A DNA stretch of 64,000 nucleotides from Malacoraja senta (taxonomy: Eukaryota). The stretch lies in assembly GCA_038087875.1 (NCBI GenBank), contig CM075989.1:5704001-5768000 (forward strand). Direction: 5' to 3'. The translations under genes were made by a program, and so were the position numbers. Below the pieces are notes generated by a model that worked only from the letters and a program-made list of their open reading frames with translations, was not told the DNA's origin and did not search any database. Of the stretch, positions 1-12,767 are shown one piece after another (positions within the stretch are counted from its first letter, which is position 1; each line of letters opens with the position of its first letter).

Positions 1-576
1 GAGAGAGCCTAAGAATACACAGAGGCAATTTGGACTTAAATATTCATGAGTCAGCAGTGAACAAGCAATTGACTTCAATAAAATTGCAGGCATCCGCTGC
101 CTTCTGGTAATACTAAGCTCGCATTTTGCTCAGTGAAGGTCAGCTGGAAGTGAAGCAGAATCTGCCACATCATGAAAGTGTGACCAGCTGACCTAACACC
201 AGGTGTAGAGTTCACAGTGTAGCAATCCAATCGGCTTTCTCTTGAGTTTAATTAAAACTTGGAAAAAAGGAACGCTGTCTGCATTCATCACGTTAGGTCC
301 GAAGGGATTTAACGGCGGAATATTAAATGCAGCCACAACAAAACAGCTGACTTAATGCATTGCATTTAAAGGAGGTAGGCACTTTGAAATAAAGAAGCAG
401 TGAGAAAGAAAACAGCAGCTTGTGAGTTCACACAAATGGTTTTCAAACAGTTTCGGAATGTACTGATTTAAGAATAAACTCAACTCAACGAATTTAAAGA
501 ATTAAGTATAAAGGTTGAGGATGAGTCTTTAATTTACAAAATTGAATTTTATTCAGCATCAAAAACATATTGAAAA

Positions 577-2191
577 CGGCACGGTGGCGCAGCGGTATAG
601 TTGCTGCCTCACAGCGCCAGAGACCCGGGTTTGATTCCGACTACGGGAGCTGTCTGTACTGAGTTTGTACGTTCTCCCCGTGATTTGCGTGGGTTTTTCC
701 CGAGATCTTCGGTTTCCTCCCATACTCCAAAGCCCTACAGGTTTGTAGGTTAATTTAGGTATGTTACAATACTTACCTTCAGCGGCGCTGCAGTTCTGCC
801 ACTGGTCGTGTGCGTGACTTTGGCGCCTTTGAGGGGGGGGGGCCAGGATTAAAATTTCGTTTTCTCCTGCCTGTCCGAGATATATTTTCTCGGGCTGCTA
901 GCTGATGCGGAAAATTCGTTCCGACTTCGGTTCTTGGAAGTTTTTTTTTTAAATTGCGGGACAATTTAATCGCCGGAGTAAAATAAAAAAGCGACTTTTA
1001 ACGCCGTCAACGCCGACAACGGGACGGATCTCACGACAAAACAAAATGTAAGTCGTGTATTTTACATATAAACTTCCTTCTTAGGATGACTTTAATCAAA
1101 ATTTCCTTGGCGAAAATGTGATTTTGGCCCCATACGAACCAGCAGTGTTTTTCTTGCCGTTATGGGGTTCAAATTCACCGCAAATGCAACGTTCCAAACA
1201 ATCGCATTCCACAAAAACCCACTCGCAAGACGATTTAAATGGCCATTAATTTACGGGAATTAAACATTAAATTCCTTCCAATTGGCCTATAAATTCATGA
1301 CAATGAGATTTAAAAATCATGTTATATTGTGAATTCTTGTGTGAATGTTATTTGGACACTTAGGCTATTTAAAAATGTTAATCCTTTCTCAAGAAATGGA
1401 TAGATGTTTAGATCTAGTAATTGAATTTTGTAATTAGCTACAATTAGGTAACTAACTAATTATATGCTTTAATTTCAGGTCTTTCAAGTAAGATTGTTTC
1501 ATATTTGTTTCAGAATGCTTCAATCTATAATAACTGAAAATTTCTTTCAGTTCTCTTAATTTTTAAGAAAGTTATGGGCTTTTGACTGTCCTCGATCACA
1601 GCTTTTGTGTAAAGTCAATGGAAAAGCAATAGGGAACAAGATGCTAATTTCCGAGTATGAAAATGGCCATAACGTTTTTAATACTGAAGATATGAAAGTG
1701 AAATAGGTGTCAAATTAAACTTCTTTTTATGCTTTATCTGATGGGATAAATTGCAGACTTACTTGAATTTTAAAATCTCAAAATGTTGTAACATTGCTAG
1801 TTAATTGGCTTGGTATGAATGTAAAAATTGTCGCTAGTGAGTGTAGGATAGTGTTAGTGTGCAGGGATTGCTGGTCGGCGCAGATTCGGTGGGACGATGG
1901 GCCTGTTTCAATAGACAATAGACAATAGACAATAGGTGCAGGAGTAGGCCATTCGGCCCTTCGAGCCAGCACCGCAATTCAATGTGATCATGGCCAATCA
2001 TCCCCAATCAGCATCCCATTCCTGCCTTCTCCCCATATCTCCTGACTCCGCTATCTTTAAGAATCCTATCTAGCTCTCTCTTGAAAGCATCCAGAGAACC
2101 AGCCTCCACCGCCCTCTGGGGCAGAGAATTCCACAGACTCACCACTCTCTGTGTGTTTCCTCGCTATATCTATAAACTAAACGAAACTAAA
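577..2191 (+). mobile_element. tRNA-derived V-SINE (HE1-like), split by two later insertions
   Basis: Pol III-like head ggcacggtggcgcagcggta and V-domain gtttgtacgttctccccgtg...ggtttcctccca. The SINE resumes at 1800 and again at about 2154, ending in a (taaac)n tail. Confidence 0.85.
756..1799. mobile_element. Non-autonomous DNA transposon, 14-bp imperfect TIRs, 7-bp TSD
   Basis: Left end TAGGTATGTTACAA, right end TTGTAACATTGCTA (12/14 complementary). Flanked by gttaatt at 749-755 and 1800-1806; interrupts the SINE at gtttgtaggttaattggc. Confidence 0.85.
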
Positions 2192-3014
2192 AAGAACAGT
2201 GTAAAAATACTCAGATATTCGCAACTATCATTCACCAAGCACCCTCGCCACTGGCGGTAATATCCCCTTGGGTGATATCTCTTTCCTTGTTTGAGGGGAT
2301 ATCTCCTCTCTTACCGGCCCTCTCCTCGCGTCTGTCATCCCCAGTGGTACCCTCCTCTTCAATTCTCCGACCAGCAAAAGAGTTTGTGTAGAAAAAAGGG
2401 CCCCGATCTGAAACATCTCCTATCCATGTTCTCCAGAGATGCCGCCTGACCTGTTGAGGTACTCCAGCACATTGTGTCTTTGTTTGTAAAACAGCATCTT
2501 CAGTCCCCTTGTATCTACATCTTCCAGGCGCTTCCGAGATAATGCCCAACCCAGGTGACTATTTATGTGTCAGCCACAGAAGCAAATCTACAATCACACA
2601 TTACAATCACTCCACACTCTTAAATCACTACTCCGACTTATCTACACACTGTGAATGCTTTATCTATACACTGTGAATGGCTGGATTGTAATCACCTATT
2701 GTCTTTCTGCTGACTGGATAGCACGCAACAAAAGCTTTTCACTGTTCACCGGTGACAATAAACTAAACTGAACTAAACTACAAAAGACTTTGTGAAATAG
2801 CTTAGTGAAATGTTTACTAGCATGGAGTGGTGATGATTTAGTCGGGGTGGAAACAGAATCCATCGTGACGTTTTAGAGGGAATTGGATGGATTCTCGAGG
2901 GGATTATTGCAGGACCATGAACCTTCTGAACCTTCTGAATTGTGTAGTCGGCAGGGCAGTACTCTGCATATCGCCAACTTGGACAATTTTACTTTTTTTA
3001 TCAAGCCAATTAAT

Positions 3015-3208
3015 TAAGCCAATTAACCTACAAACCTGTACGTCTTTGGAGTGTGGGAGGAAACCGAAGATCTTGGAGAAACCCCACGCAGATCACGGGG
3101 AGAACATACAAACTCCGTACAGACAGCACCCATAGTCGTGATCGAACCGTCTCTGGTGCTGCATTTTGCTGTAAGGCAGCAACTCTACCGCTGAGCCACC
3201 GTGACTGC
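3015..3208 (-). mobile_element. HE1-like V-SINE; representative of about 20 full or partial copies (approx. 4440-4660, 7680-7985, 8594-9035, 10505-11140, 14120-14428, 14763-15060, 16370-16510, 19213-19460, 22952-23360, 23940-24225, 24327-24628, 26265-26447, 29605-29805, 30490-30655, 38382-38655, 41945-42215, 53705-53965, 54601-54880)
   Basis: Recurrent head, V-domain and gggccgaagggcctgtttcc...(taaac)n tail. Confidence 0.85.
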
Positions 3209-4680
3209 CATCATGAGGAGCTGAGAGATGGGATGATTAGATTGCCCCTCAGGGGGTTAGCAGGGAGTGAACGGGCTGACTGGCCACCTTGTGTGCTGTA
3301 ATACTGAGAGGCCATTTCTCCGATAACACTTTAAAACCTTGGTCCTGTTGCCTGCTGCATTTTTCATTTATTGATTGATTTGATAATTTATTTTCATATG
3401 TGATGCTTCACAGTGAAGTTCTTTGTTTCGCACACCATGAACAAGATATGCCAAGAGTTGCCGCGTAAGGGCGCCGGCAATGTAGTCCCCAATGGTCCCT
3501 CTTTGTTCTCGGCCTCCCGCACCTCACCCCCCTACCCCCCCTCCCCCCCCCCACACTGGGTACCTTTATGTTCTTGGTGACCCCACACTCCGAGTCCCTG
3601 TTACTCCTCTGGCCTTTTGTGACACCTCCAATATTTGCTTTTTACTCTGAATCGCTGAGAGACTTTCCATCATGACGACATTGAAGCCGATGGGAGCGTG
3701 TGTTGTGCGCAAATAGGCTGTGGTGCGCCTACAGTACACTGATGTAACAGATCACACTCCAAAAGTGATTCACTGGCTTCAACGCACATAAGCACACTCC
3801 GGGGATACTAAAGGCACTGCAATAGTACAGAATCTTTCCTTATTAACTCAGAGATGTATATCGGCACTTGAGTAATCACACAACACAAACAGCTGACTGA
3901 GAAGCCCTCTGCACAAGCTGTGATGTTTGATGAACCTCCCCTGGCACATCGTGTTAGGAATGTTCTCAATTATAGCTCTGATTAGAAGCCTGTTCATTTT
4001 ATCTCAGAAGATAGGCGCAAAATGCTGGAGTAACTCATCTTCATCTTTGGAGAAATCAGGCATCATCTTTGGAGAAAAGGAATAGAAGACATTTCGGGTC
4101 GAGTTAGACGAAGGGTCTCGAGCCAAAACGAAAATACTGCTCAGTCCCGTTGAGTTACTCAGCATTTTGTGTCTACCTTCTCAGAAAATGTTAGCAGGCT
4201 TCTAACCAATGCTATTTTGCTGGGGTGTCTATCTTTGGTGTGAACCAGCACCTGCAGTCCTTTCCTACAAATGTTTTTCTCTTCCAGTCTTCTGCACTTG
4301 AAGTCCAGACACTGGTGGAATAAAATGCCTGGGTTGCAAAGTGGTTTGTCGCTGCCTGCCTTCACCACTCCTCGCGTGTGAGCCAAACAGAAAGGAAGGA
4401 GAATATTCGGATGTAAATCACTTCAAACCAGTCATGAAAGGAGTTTGTACGTTCTCCCCGTGATCTGCGTGGGTTTTCTCCGAGATCTTCGGTTTCCTCC
4501 CACACTCCAAGGACGTACAGGTTTGTAGGTTAATTAGTTTGGTATCAATGTAATTTGTCTCCAGTGTGTGTAGGATAGTGTTAGTGTGTGGGGATCGCTG
4601 GTTATCGCGAACACGGTGGGCCGAAGGGCCTGTTTCCCCGCTGTATCTCGAAACTAAACTGAACAACATATAATCCTCTG

Positions 4681-5360
4681 ACATTTTCGTCAGCTCCAAC
4701 GGGATCCCACTACTGACCACATCTTCCCATCTCCTCCCCTCTCTGCTTTCTGCAGAGACCATTCCCTCCATAACTCCCTAGTCAATTTGTTCCTTCCCAC
4801 CCAAACCACTCCCTCCCCGGGTACTTTCCCCTGTCCCTTTACCTCCCTCCCTCGACTCCATCCAAGGACCCAATCAGTCTTTCCAGGTGAGGCAGAGGTT
4901 CACCTGCACATCCTCCAACCTCATCTACTCCAAGCGCAGGCTCGGCGATCGCTTCGCTGAACACCTCCGCTCAGTCCGTCTTAACCAACCTGATTGCCCG
5001 GTTGCTCAGCACTTCAACTCCCCCTCCCCTTTCCCAATCTGACCTTTCTGTCCTGGGCCTCCTCCATTGCAAGAGTGAGGCCCAGCGCAAATTGGAGGAA
5101 CATCACCTCATATTTCACTGGGTAGTTTACACCCCAGCAGTATGAACATTGACTTCACTAATTATAGATAGCCCTTGCTTTCTCCCTCCTTCCCCTCCCC
5201 CTTCCCAGTTCTCCCACCAGTCCTACTGTCTCAGCCTACTTCCTTCCCCCCCCCCCGACATCAGTCTGAAGAAGGGTCTCGACGCGAAACGTCGCCAATT
5301 CCTTCTCGCCATAATGCTGCCTCACCCGCTGAGTTTCTCCAGCATTTTTTGTCTACCTTC
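4681..5360 (+). mobile_element. Penelope-like element 3' fragment (GIY-YIG region plus hammerhead-bearing tail)
   Basis: Homologous to 37310-38045; ends ctgaagaagggtctcgacgcgaaacgtc...ctccagcatttttgtctacc. Confidence 0.8.
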
Positions 5361-6424
5361 TGAACTAAACAGTGGCTGATCTTCGGGACTCTGTGCAAAC
5401 ATGAAGATTTCGAGCAGACTCCAGCGGGTGGCATTTTGAGCAGGATTCACACTGAAGTTTATCACAGACACCGTGCAGCAAACTGGTTTCCTGTTATGCT
5501 GGCTAAATGGCACAGCACAGCGAGCGAATCGATCCAGACTATTGTCGGGCCCCTATGACTTGAAATATCAGTGTAACCTTAACCATTCAGCCCTGTGATA
5601 ACCTTGAGAAAGGTTTCATCAATAAATAATTTGGTTTAAAGGCAAGATTACTTTGAACTACAAAATACTTTACATGTAATGAAATTGACTTTCTATTGCA
5701 TAACCACGGCTTATCTTGCATATTTATAGTAAGTTACTTCACGGTTTAGTGTATGCACGACAATAGACAATAGACAATAGACAATAGGTGCATTGTAGGC
5801 CATTTGGCCCTTTGAGCCAGCACCGCCATTCAATGTGATTATGGCTGATCATCCCCAACCAGTACCCCGTTCCTGCCTTCTCCCCATATCCCTGACAACA
5901 AAAGCTGAACATCCTAAATAAATCTGAAGAAGCGTCTCGACCCGAAACGTCACCCATTCCTTCTCTCCAGAGATGCTACCTGTCCCGCTGAGTTACCCCA
6001 GCACCTTGTGTCTATCTTCGGTTTAAACCAGCATCTGCAGTTCCTTCATACACATCCTAAATAAACCATCACCTTAAAATAAAAATTATTTCTGTAACTT
6101 CTGCATTCCCCCTCACTCCCCCCCTCCCCTACCCTAGTCACCCTACCTGTTCCATCCTTGTATCCCTATTGATATCACACCTTCCCCAGCCAACAATGGG
6201 CCATTGTGGGCTCCACTCTTCCAGAGGTCATCTGTTGCCGACCCTGATTTTTTCTGGCCTTTCAGTCTAAAGAAGGGTTCCGACCCAAAACGTCATCTGC
6301 TCCTTTTCTCCAGAGATGCTGCCTGACGCACGGAGTTACTCCAGCATTTTATGTCTATCTTCGATGTAACCCAACATCTACAGTTCCTTCCTGCACACTC
6401 TTGCTGCCTCTGTTGCCTGAATTT

Positions 6425-7035
6425 AGAGTCATAGGGTCATAGAGTCATACAGTGTGGAAACAGGCCCTTCGGCCCAACTCACCCACACCGGCCAACAATG
6501 TCCCAGCGACCCTAGTCCCACCTGCCTGCGCTTGGTCCATAACCCTCTAAACCTGTCCTATCCATGTACCTGTCCAACTGTTTCTTAAACGATGGGATAA
6601 TCCCAGCCTCAATTACCTCCTCTGGCAGCTTGTTCTGTACACCCACCACCCTCTGTGTGAAAAAGTTACCCCTCAGATTCCTATTAAATCTTTTCCCCTT
6701 CACCTTGAACCTATGTCCTCTGGTGCTCGATTCCCCTACTCTGGGTAAAAGACTCTGTGCATCTACCCGACCAATTCCTCTCATGATTTTGTACACCTCT
6801 ACACAATCTCCCCTCATCCTCCTACACTCCATGGAATAGAGACCCAGCCTACTCAACCTCTCCCTATATCTCACACCCTCTAGTCCTGGCAACATCCTCG
6901 TATTTTTTTTTCTGAACCCTTTCAAGCTTGACATTATCTTTCCTATAAGATGGTGCCCAGAATTGAACCCAATATTCTAAATGCGGTCTCACCAACATCT
7001 TATACAACTGCAACATGACCTCCCAACTTCTATAC
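6425..7035 (-). mobile_element. CR1-clade LINE 3' fragment (similar fragments near 1910-2155, 10680-11005, 16570-17006, 21560-21905, 23387-23752, 28290-28530, 28883-29280, 52731-53142)
   Basis: ORFs read LYKMLVRPHLEY..W.P and YRERLSRLGLYS...RRMRGD...TRGH...FFTQRVV..N.LP, the CR1 ORF2 C-terminus; short tandem-repeat tail. Confidence 0.9.
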
Positions 7036-10000
7036 TCATAATCAGCAGTTCTCATTTTTAATTTAAATGCACACAATTTTATAGCATATTTTTCTACCAC
7101 AGGATAACCCAAAGCAGACTCTAATCATTGATTAGATTTTATTTGGACAAAGCAGTTTTGTAGAATCATAGAGTGATACAGCGAGGAAACAGGCCTTTCA
7201 GCCCAACTTGCCCTCACTGATCAACGTATCCCATCTACCCTAGTCTCACCTGCCTATGTTTGACCCATATATCTTCAAACCTGTCCTAAATGTTTCTTAA
7301 ACGTTGGGATGGTCCCTGCCTCAACTGCCTCCTCTGGCAGCTGGTTCCATACACCCACCACCCTCTGTGTGAAATAGTTACCCCTCAGGTATCCATAGGG
7401 TTGGAGAGTGATCAGCTGAGGCATCACTGGCTCTTGCAAGTCAACATCAACCCTGAGCTAGAACAAGGGAGAGAGGCCAGGAGGAGTGACCCCAAAACAA
7501 TAATCAAACCACTGGAGGAAACCAGCATCTGTGGAGGAAAATGGCAAAGCAACATTTCAGGTTGGGACCCCTCTTCAAGTCTGCAGTAGAGGGGAGAATA
7601 CTGGTAAAAGAGGCGAGGAGAAGGGCTGGGGCAAGCACTGACCACAGCTTCATCAGACTTTTTTTAGACTTTATAGTTTTAGAGATACAGGGTGGAAACA
7701 GGCCCTTCGGCCCACCGAGTCTGCACCGACCAACAATCCCTGAACATTAACACCATCCTACACACACTAGGGACAATTTACATTTATACAAGCCAAATTA
7801 CCTACAAACCTGTACGTCTTTGTAGTGTTGGAGGAAACCGAAGATCTCGGAGAAACCCCACGTGGATCACGGGCAGAACGTACAAACTCCGGACAGACAG
7901 CACCAGGAGTCGGGATCGAACCCGGGTCTCCGGTGCTGCAAGCACTGCAAGGCAGCAACTCTACCGCTGCGCATCTGTGCCGCCCTGATGACACTTGAGA
8001 CACGAGAGATTGTGTTTTAAAGCTGTAAGGAATTGAAGGGTTGAAATGGAAAAATATGATTCAATGTAAAAATTCCAAAGTTAATGCATTGATCTTTCTG
8101 TAATGATAGAAATATATGAGTAGGACTTTTAACATAGAACATAGAATAGTACAGCACAGGAACAGGCCCTTCATAAGCTCTAGGTGCAGAATTCAGCCCA
8201 TCAAGTCTACTCCACCATTTAATCATGGCTGATCTATCTCTCCCTCTCAACCCCATTCTCCTGCCTTCTCCCTTTCTTTCCACAATGTCTGTGCCGAACA
8301 TGATGTCAAGACCAACTCTTAATGGCCTGCACGTGATGCATATCGGTCTATTCCCTGCATATCCATGTGCCTATCCAAAAGTCTCCAGTGTCATTATTGT
8401 ATCTGCTTCCACCATCACCCCTGGCAGTGCGTTCCATGTACTCATCACACTCTGTGAAAGAACTTGCCCCTTTAAACTTTGTCCCTCTCACCATAATGCT
8501 CTGCCTTCTAGTATTTGACATTTCCATCCTGGGAATGTTCTGAATGTCTACCCTATCTATGCTACAGTCTATTTGTGTATAATATTGGAGTTAGCCTACA
8601 AACCTGTACGTCTTTGGAATGTGGGAGGAAACCGGAGCACCCGGAGAAAGCCCACGCAGTCACGGGGACAACGTACGGTACCTGGGTTCGATTCTGACTA
8701 CGGGTGAACTGTTTGTACGGAGTTTGAACGTTCTCCCTGTGACCTGCGTGGGTTTTCTCCAGGATCTCCGGTTTCCTCCCATACTCCAAACACGCACAGG
8801 TTTGTATGTTAATTGGTTTGGTATAACTGTAAATTGTCCCTAGTGTGTATAGGATAGTGTTAGTGTGCGGGGATCACTGGTCGGTGCTGTCCCCGTGGGC
8901 CGAAGGACCTGTTTCTGCGCTGTATCTCTAAACTAAACTAAACTAAACTAAAGGTACAAACTCAGTGCAGACAACACTGGTAGTCAGGATCGAGCCCGGG
9001 TCTTTGGCGCTGTAAGACAGCAACTCTACCGCCCTGTCCTGGGACAGACTATCAGCATTCCATTTGCGTTTGTTGGCGCAAGTTTCCCTGATAACAAATG
9101 TCTAATTCATCACAAGCTAGGGCTTTGGGACAAGTCGAACAAAATAGATTTCAGGTTTGATTCCTGAGCTGCCCTGGAAGCAACATTGGTCAGTCAATCC
9201 CTTAAGCTGCTTCCAACATTCAATTAGTCCGTGGCTGATCTGTATCTTAGCTCCATCTAGCCAGCTCGGTTTGATATTCAATACTTAACAAAGCTTTATC
9301 ACTCTCATCCTTGAATTTTGTAATTGCCTTTCAAGCTTAGTTTTGGGGAGAGGGAGAGGTGCGGATTTTGACTTCCCCTGGTAGTCTAACATTCCGACTG
9401 AATTATTGAGGTTTAATTTTATTATTATGCTCTCTAACATCTAAACATCTACCACCAGAGCTATTAGATTTCCTCTATCTACTCTATCAACTCCTTCAAA
9501 TATGCTAAACACATCAACTGTATCACTCCTACCAAAGGGAGACTCTGCCCTGTCTGCCGAACTTGTTCCCGGTGGCTCAGCACTTCAACTCCCCCTCCCA
9601 TTCCGTATCTGACCTCTCTGTCCTGGGTCTCCTCCATGGCCACAGCGAGCAACACAGGAAATTGGAGGAAATGCACCTCATATTCCGCTTGGGCAGTCTA
9701 CATCCTGGGGGCATGAACATTGAATTCTCCCAATTTTGCTAGCCCTTGCTGTCCCCTCCCCTTCGTCAGCCCTCTGGTTGTCTCCTCCCATCCCTCAGCC
9801 CTCGGGCTCCTCCTCCGCCTCTTTTCCTTTCTTCTCCCCACCCCCTATCAGTCTGAAGAAGGGTTTCGGCCCGAAACGTTGCCTATTTCCTTCGCTCCAT
9901 AGATGCTGCTGCACCCGCTGAGTTTCTCCAGCATTTTTGTCTACCTTGTTCTCCTAACTTAACCCTTTCAAAACCCAGGATAGACAAAAATGCTGGAGAA

Positions 10001-11155
10001 ACTCAGTGGGTGAGGCAGCATCTATGGAGCGAAGGAATAGGTGACGTTTCAGGTCGAGACCTGGTGAAATAGGGACACAAGAGACTGCAGATGCTGGCAG
10101 CTTGATCAATGAACAAACTGCTGGAGGAACTCAATGGGTCGGGCAACATCTGTGGTGGGATAAAAGGCACAAAGTGCTGGAGTAACATAGCAGGTCAGGC
10201 AGCATCTCTGGAGAATGTTGATAGGTGATATTTTGGATCAGGGCCCTTCTTCAAACTGCTGCAGTGGGAAGGAAGCCAGGCAGCTTCTGACGAAGAACCC
10301 TGACTGAAAACATCTGTCCATTTCCCTCCACAGATGCTGTCTGACCTGTTGAGTTCCTCCAGGAGTTTGTGTGTTTGCTCATCATTTTAGTGAATCTCAG
10401 CTGCAATCAAGCAAAGACCAGTGTATTTAATGACAGAATATCAGCCAGGATAGCTGTGATGAGCAATCAGCTGTTTTTTACAGAGTGGCAAATCAGATCT
10501 CTCTTTTAGACTTTAGGAATACAGTGGGGAAACAGGCCCTTCGGCCCACCGAGTCCGTGCCGACCAGCTGATCACCCCATATACCAGCACTATCCTACAC
10601 ACTAGGGAAAATGCACTTTTTTTTTAACCAAAACAAACCTGTATGTCTTTGGAGTATGGGAGGAAACCGGAGTACCTGGATAGAGTGAATGTGGAGGGGG
10701 AGTTTCCACTAATAAGAGAGTCCAGGACCAGAGACGATAGCCTCAGAATAAAAGGATGCATCTTTACAAAGGAGATGAGGAGGAATTTATTTTATCAGAG
10801 GGTGGTGAATCTGTGAAATTCATTGCCACAGAAGGCTGTGGAGGCCATCAATGGATATTTTTAAGGTGAAGATTGACAGATTCTTGATTTGTAAAGGTGT
10901 CAGAGGATATGGGGAGAAGGCAGGAGAATGGGGTTGAGAGGGAAAGATCGATCAGCCACGATGGGCCGAATGGCCTAATTTTGCTCCTAGAACTTATGAC
11001 CTTATGAACAGCCGGAGAAAACCCACGCGGTCCCAGGGAGAACGTACAAACTCTGTACACACAGCACTTGTAGTCAGGATCAAACCGGGGTCTCTGGCAC
11101 TGTATGGCAGCAAATCTCCTGCTGCGCCACCATGCCACCCGCAATGCAAAGTGTT

Positions 11156-11714
11156 TTTTTAAAATATTTTTATTTTTAGTGGAAGCAATTGTACAAAAAA
11201 GAATGACTTAACAGTTCTACACAGCTTCAATTTTAACATTTTACAAACTGAATGTTAAATTAAAATAAGAAAAAAGAGAGAAGAAAGGAAAGAGAAAGAT
11301 GAAAAGAAGGAGAAAGAAGAGATATGTCCGTCGACCCACCCATGCACCCGCTCACCCAGCCTTACAATCAGTTTTGAGTTTGTGTTCAACCATTGTATTG
11401 TTCAGGAAATTCAATAAAAGGAGACTATATTTTTCAGAATTGATCTGGTTTGTCAGTAAAGACAAACATATTTTTTTCTAGATGTAGTGTCTCTGTCATT
11501 TCTGTAATCCACATCTTCACTGAGGGGACTGTTGTCTTTTTCCAAAATTTAAGTATAATTTTTTTTGCTGATATTAGACCGTAATCAAGAAAGCGTCTTT
11601 GAAATACCATTAGTTTGACACATGCCTCTGATATTCCCAGTATTATCAGTTTTGGGTCTGGTTCTAGTGGAACTTTCAGTGTTTTAGAGGTAACGTTAAA
11701 GACTTCCATCCAAT
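11156..11714 (-). mobile_element. 5'-truncated L1 with ~15-bp TSD
   Basis: ORF2 C-terminus (YGLISAKKIILKFWKK...WITEMTETLHLEK), A-rich tail, direct repeat gcaatgcaaagtgtt at 11141-11155 and 11715-11729. Confidence 0.85.
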
Positions 11715-12583
11715 GCAATGCAAAGTGTTGTCCGCTGTTTGCAGGGCAGAGTGCTGCTTCCTGCTGCCAACCTCCAACCCTGAACACTCGCCGCCACCAA
11801 TGACCGTCGGGCTGAGCTGTTGGGACGCTGACCTGAAGCCTGTAACGTTGTTACTTGTGAAGAATAGATGAGGAAATATGTGCTGAACGCCTCTGCGGAA
11901 AGCAACAAGACAAATCAGCATATCCGCAATTATTTGTGGGTTTTGTACAAAACCACAATCCACAACCTTCCCACTTCCAAAGCGTTAGTTCTCATCTTCT
12001 TCCTTCTTGTCCCGAAACGTCACCTATCCATGCTCTCCAGAGACGCTGCCTGACACGTTGGGTTACTCCAGCACTTTGCGTCTTTTTCTTTTGTAAACCA
12101 GCATCTGCAATTCCTTTATTCTCCTGGGACTTTTGGACGTATCGCACGTTGGAAGGTGAACAGGGATGTGAAAGGTGTTTTGCAAACGGAGGAAGTCCTT
12201 TCTGGTGAAAAGGCATCGTGGATTAATTTTATCTTTCTTGCACTGCGTCTTTGCTGAGGACATGAGGACCTCTGTGGAAGTAGTGCCCCAGGATCCTACG
12301 CGTCTGGCCGAGAAATAGTGCCCTGGGATCCTACGCGTCTGGCTGAGAAAGGATATGGTATCTCTAAAGACATATGCTGCTTATTTACACAGCCTTGGCT
12401 CCATTGCAGGATCCGCTCACATGAATTCACTGAAGACAATGCAATGGCGTAGAAACCATCCAAACACTGAGTTGTTGTCAACTGGTCCTGGCACAACTGA
12501 GCTATGAGATTAGATTATTGTCACGTGTACCGAGGTACAGTGAAAAGCTTATGTGGCGTGCTAACCAGTCAGTGGAAAGACAA

Positions 12584-12767
12584 GGTATACAAAAGTGCTG
12601 GAAAACTCAGCGGGTGAGGCAGCATCTATGGAGCGAAGGAAATAGGCAACGTTTCGGGCCGAAACGTTGCCTATTTCCTTCGCTCCATAGATGTTGCCTC
12701 ACCCGCTGAGTTTCTCCAGCACTTTTGTATACCTTCGATTTTCCAGCATCTGCAGTTCCTTCTTAAA
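12584..12767. mobile_element. Palindromic (head-to-head) Penelope-tail insertion with 14-bp TSD
   Basis: Inverted arms of about 75 bp centred on ggcaacgtttcgggccgaaacgttgcc; flanked by cagtggaaagacaa at 12570-12583 and 12768-12781. Confidence 0.85.

Noticed and set aside
577..650. tRNA-like sequences here and at other SINE heads
   Set aside because: They continue into SINE bodies and do not form a complete cloverleaf.
11780..11893. Exon-like segment after a strong minus-strand acceptor
   Set aside because: Two frames are open, neither is recognisable, and there is no convincing partner exon.
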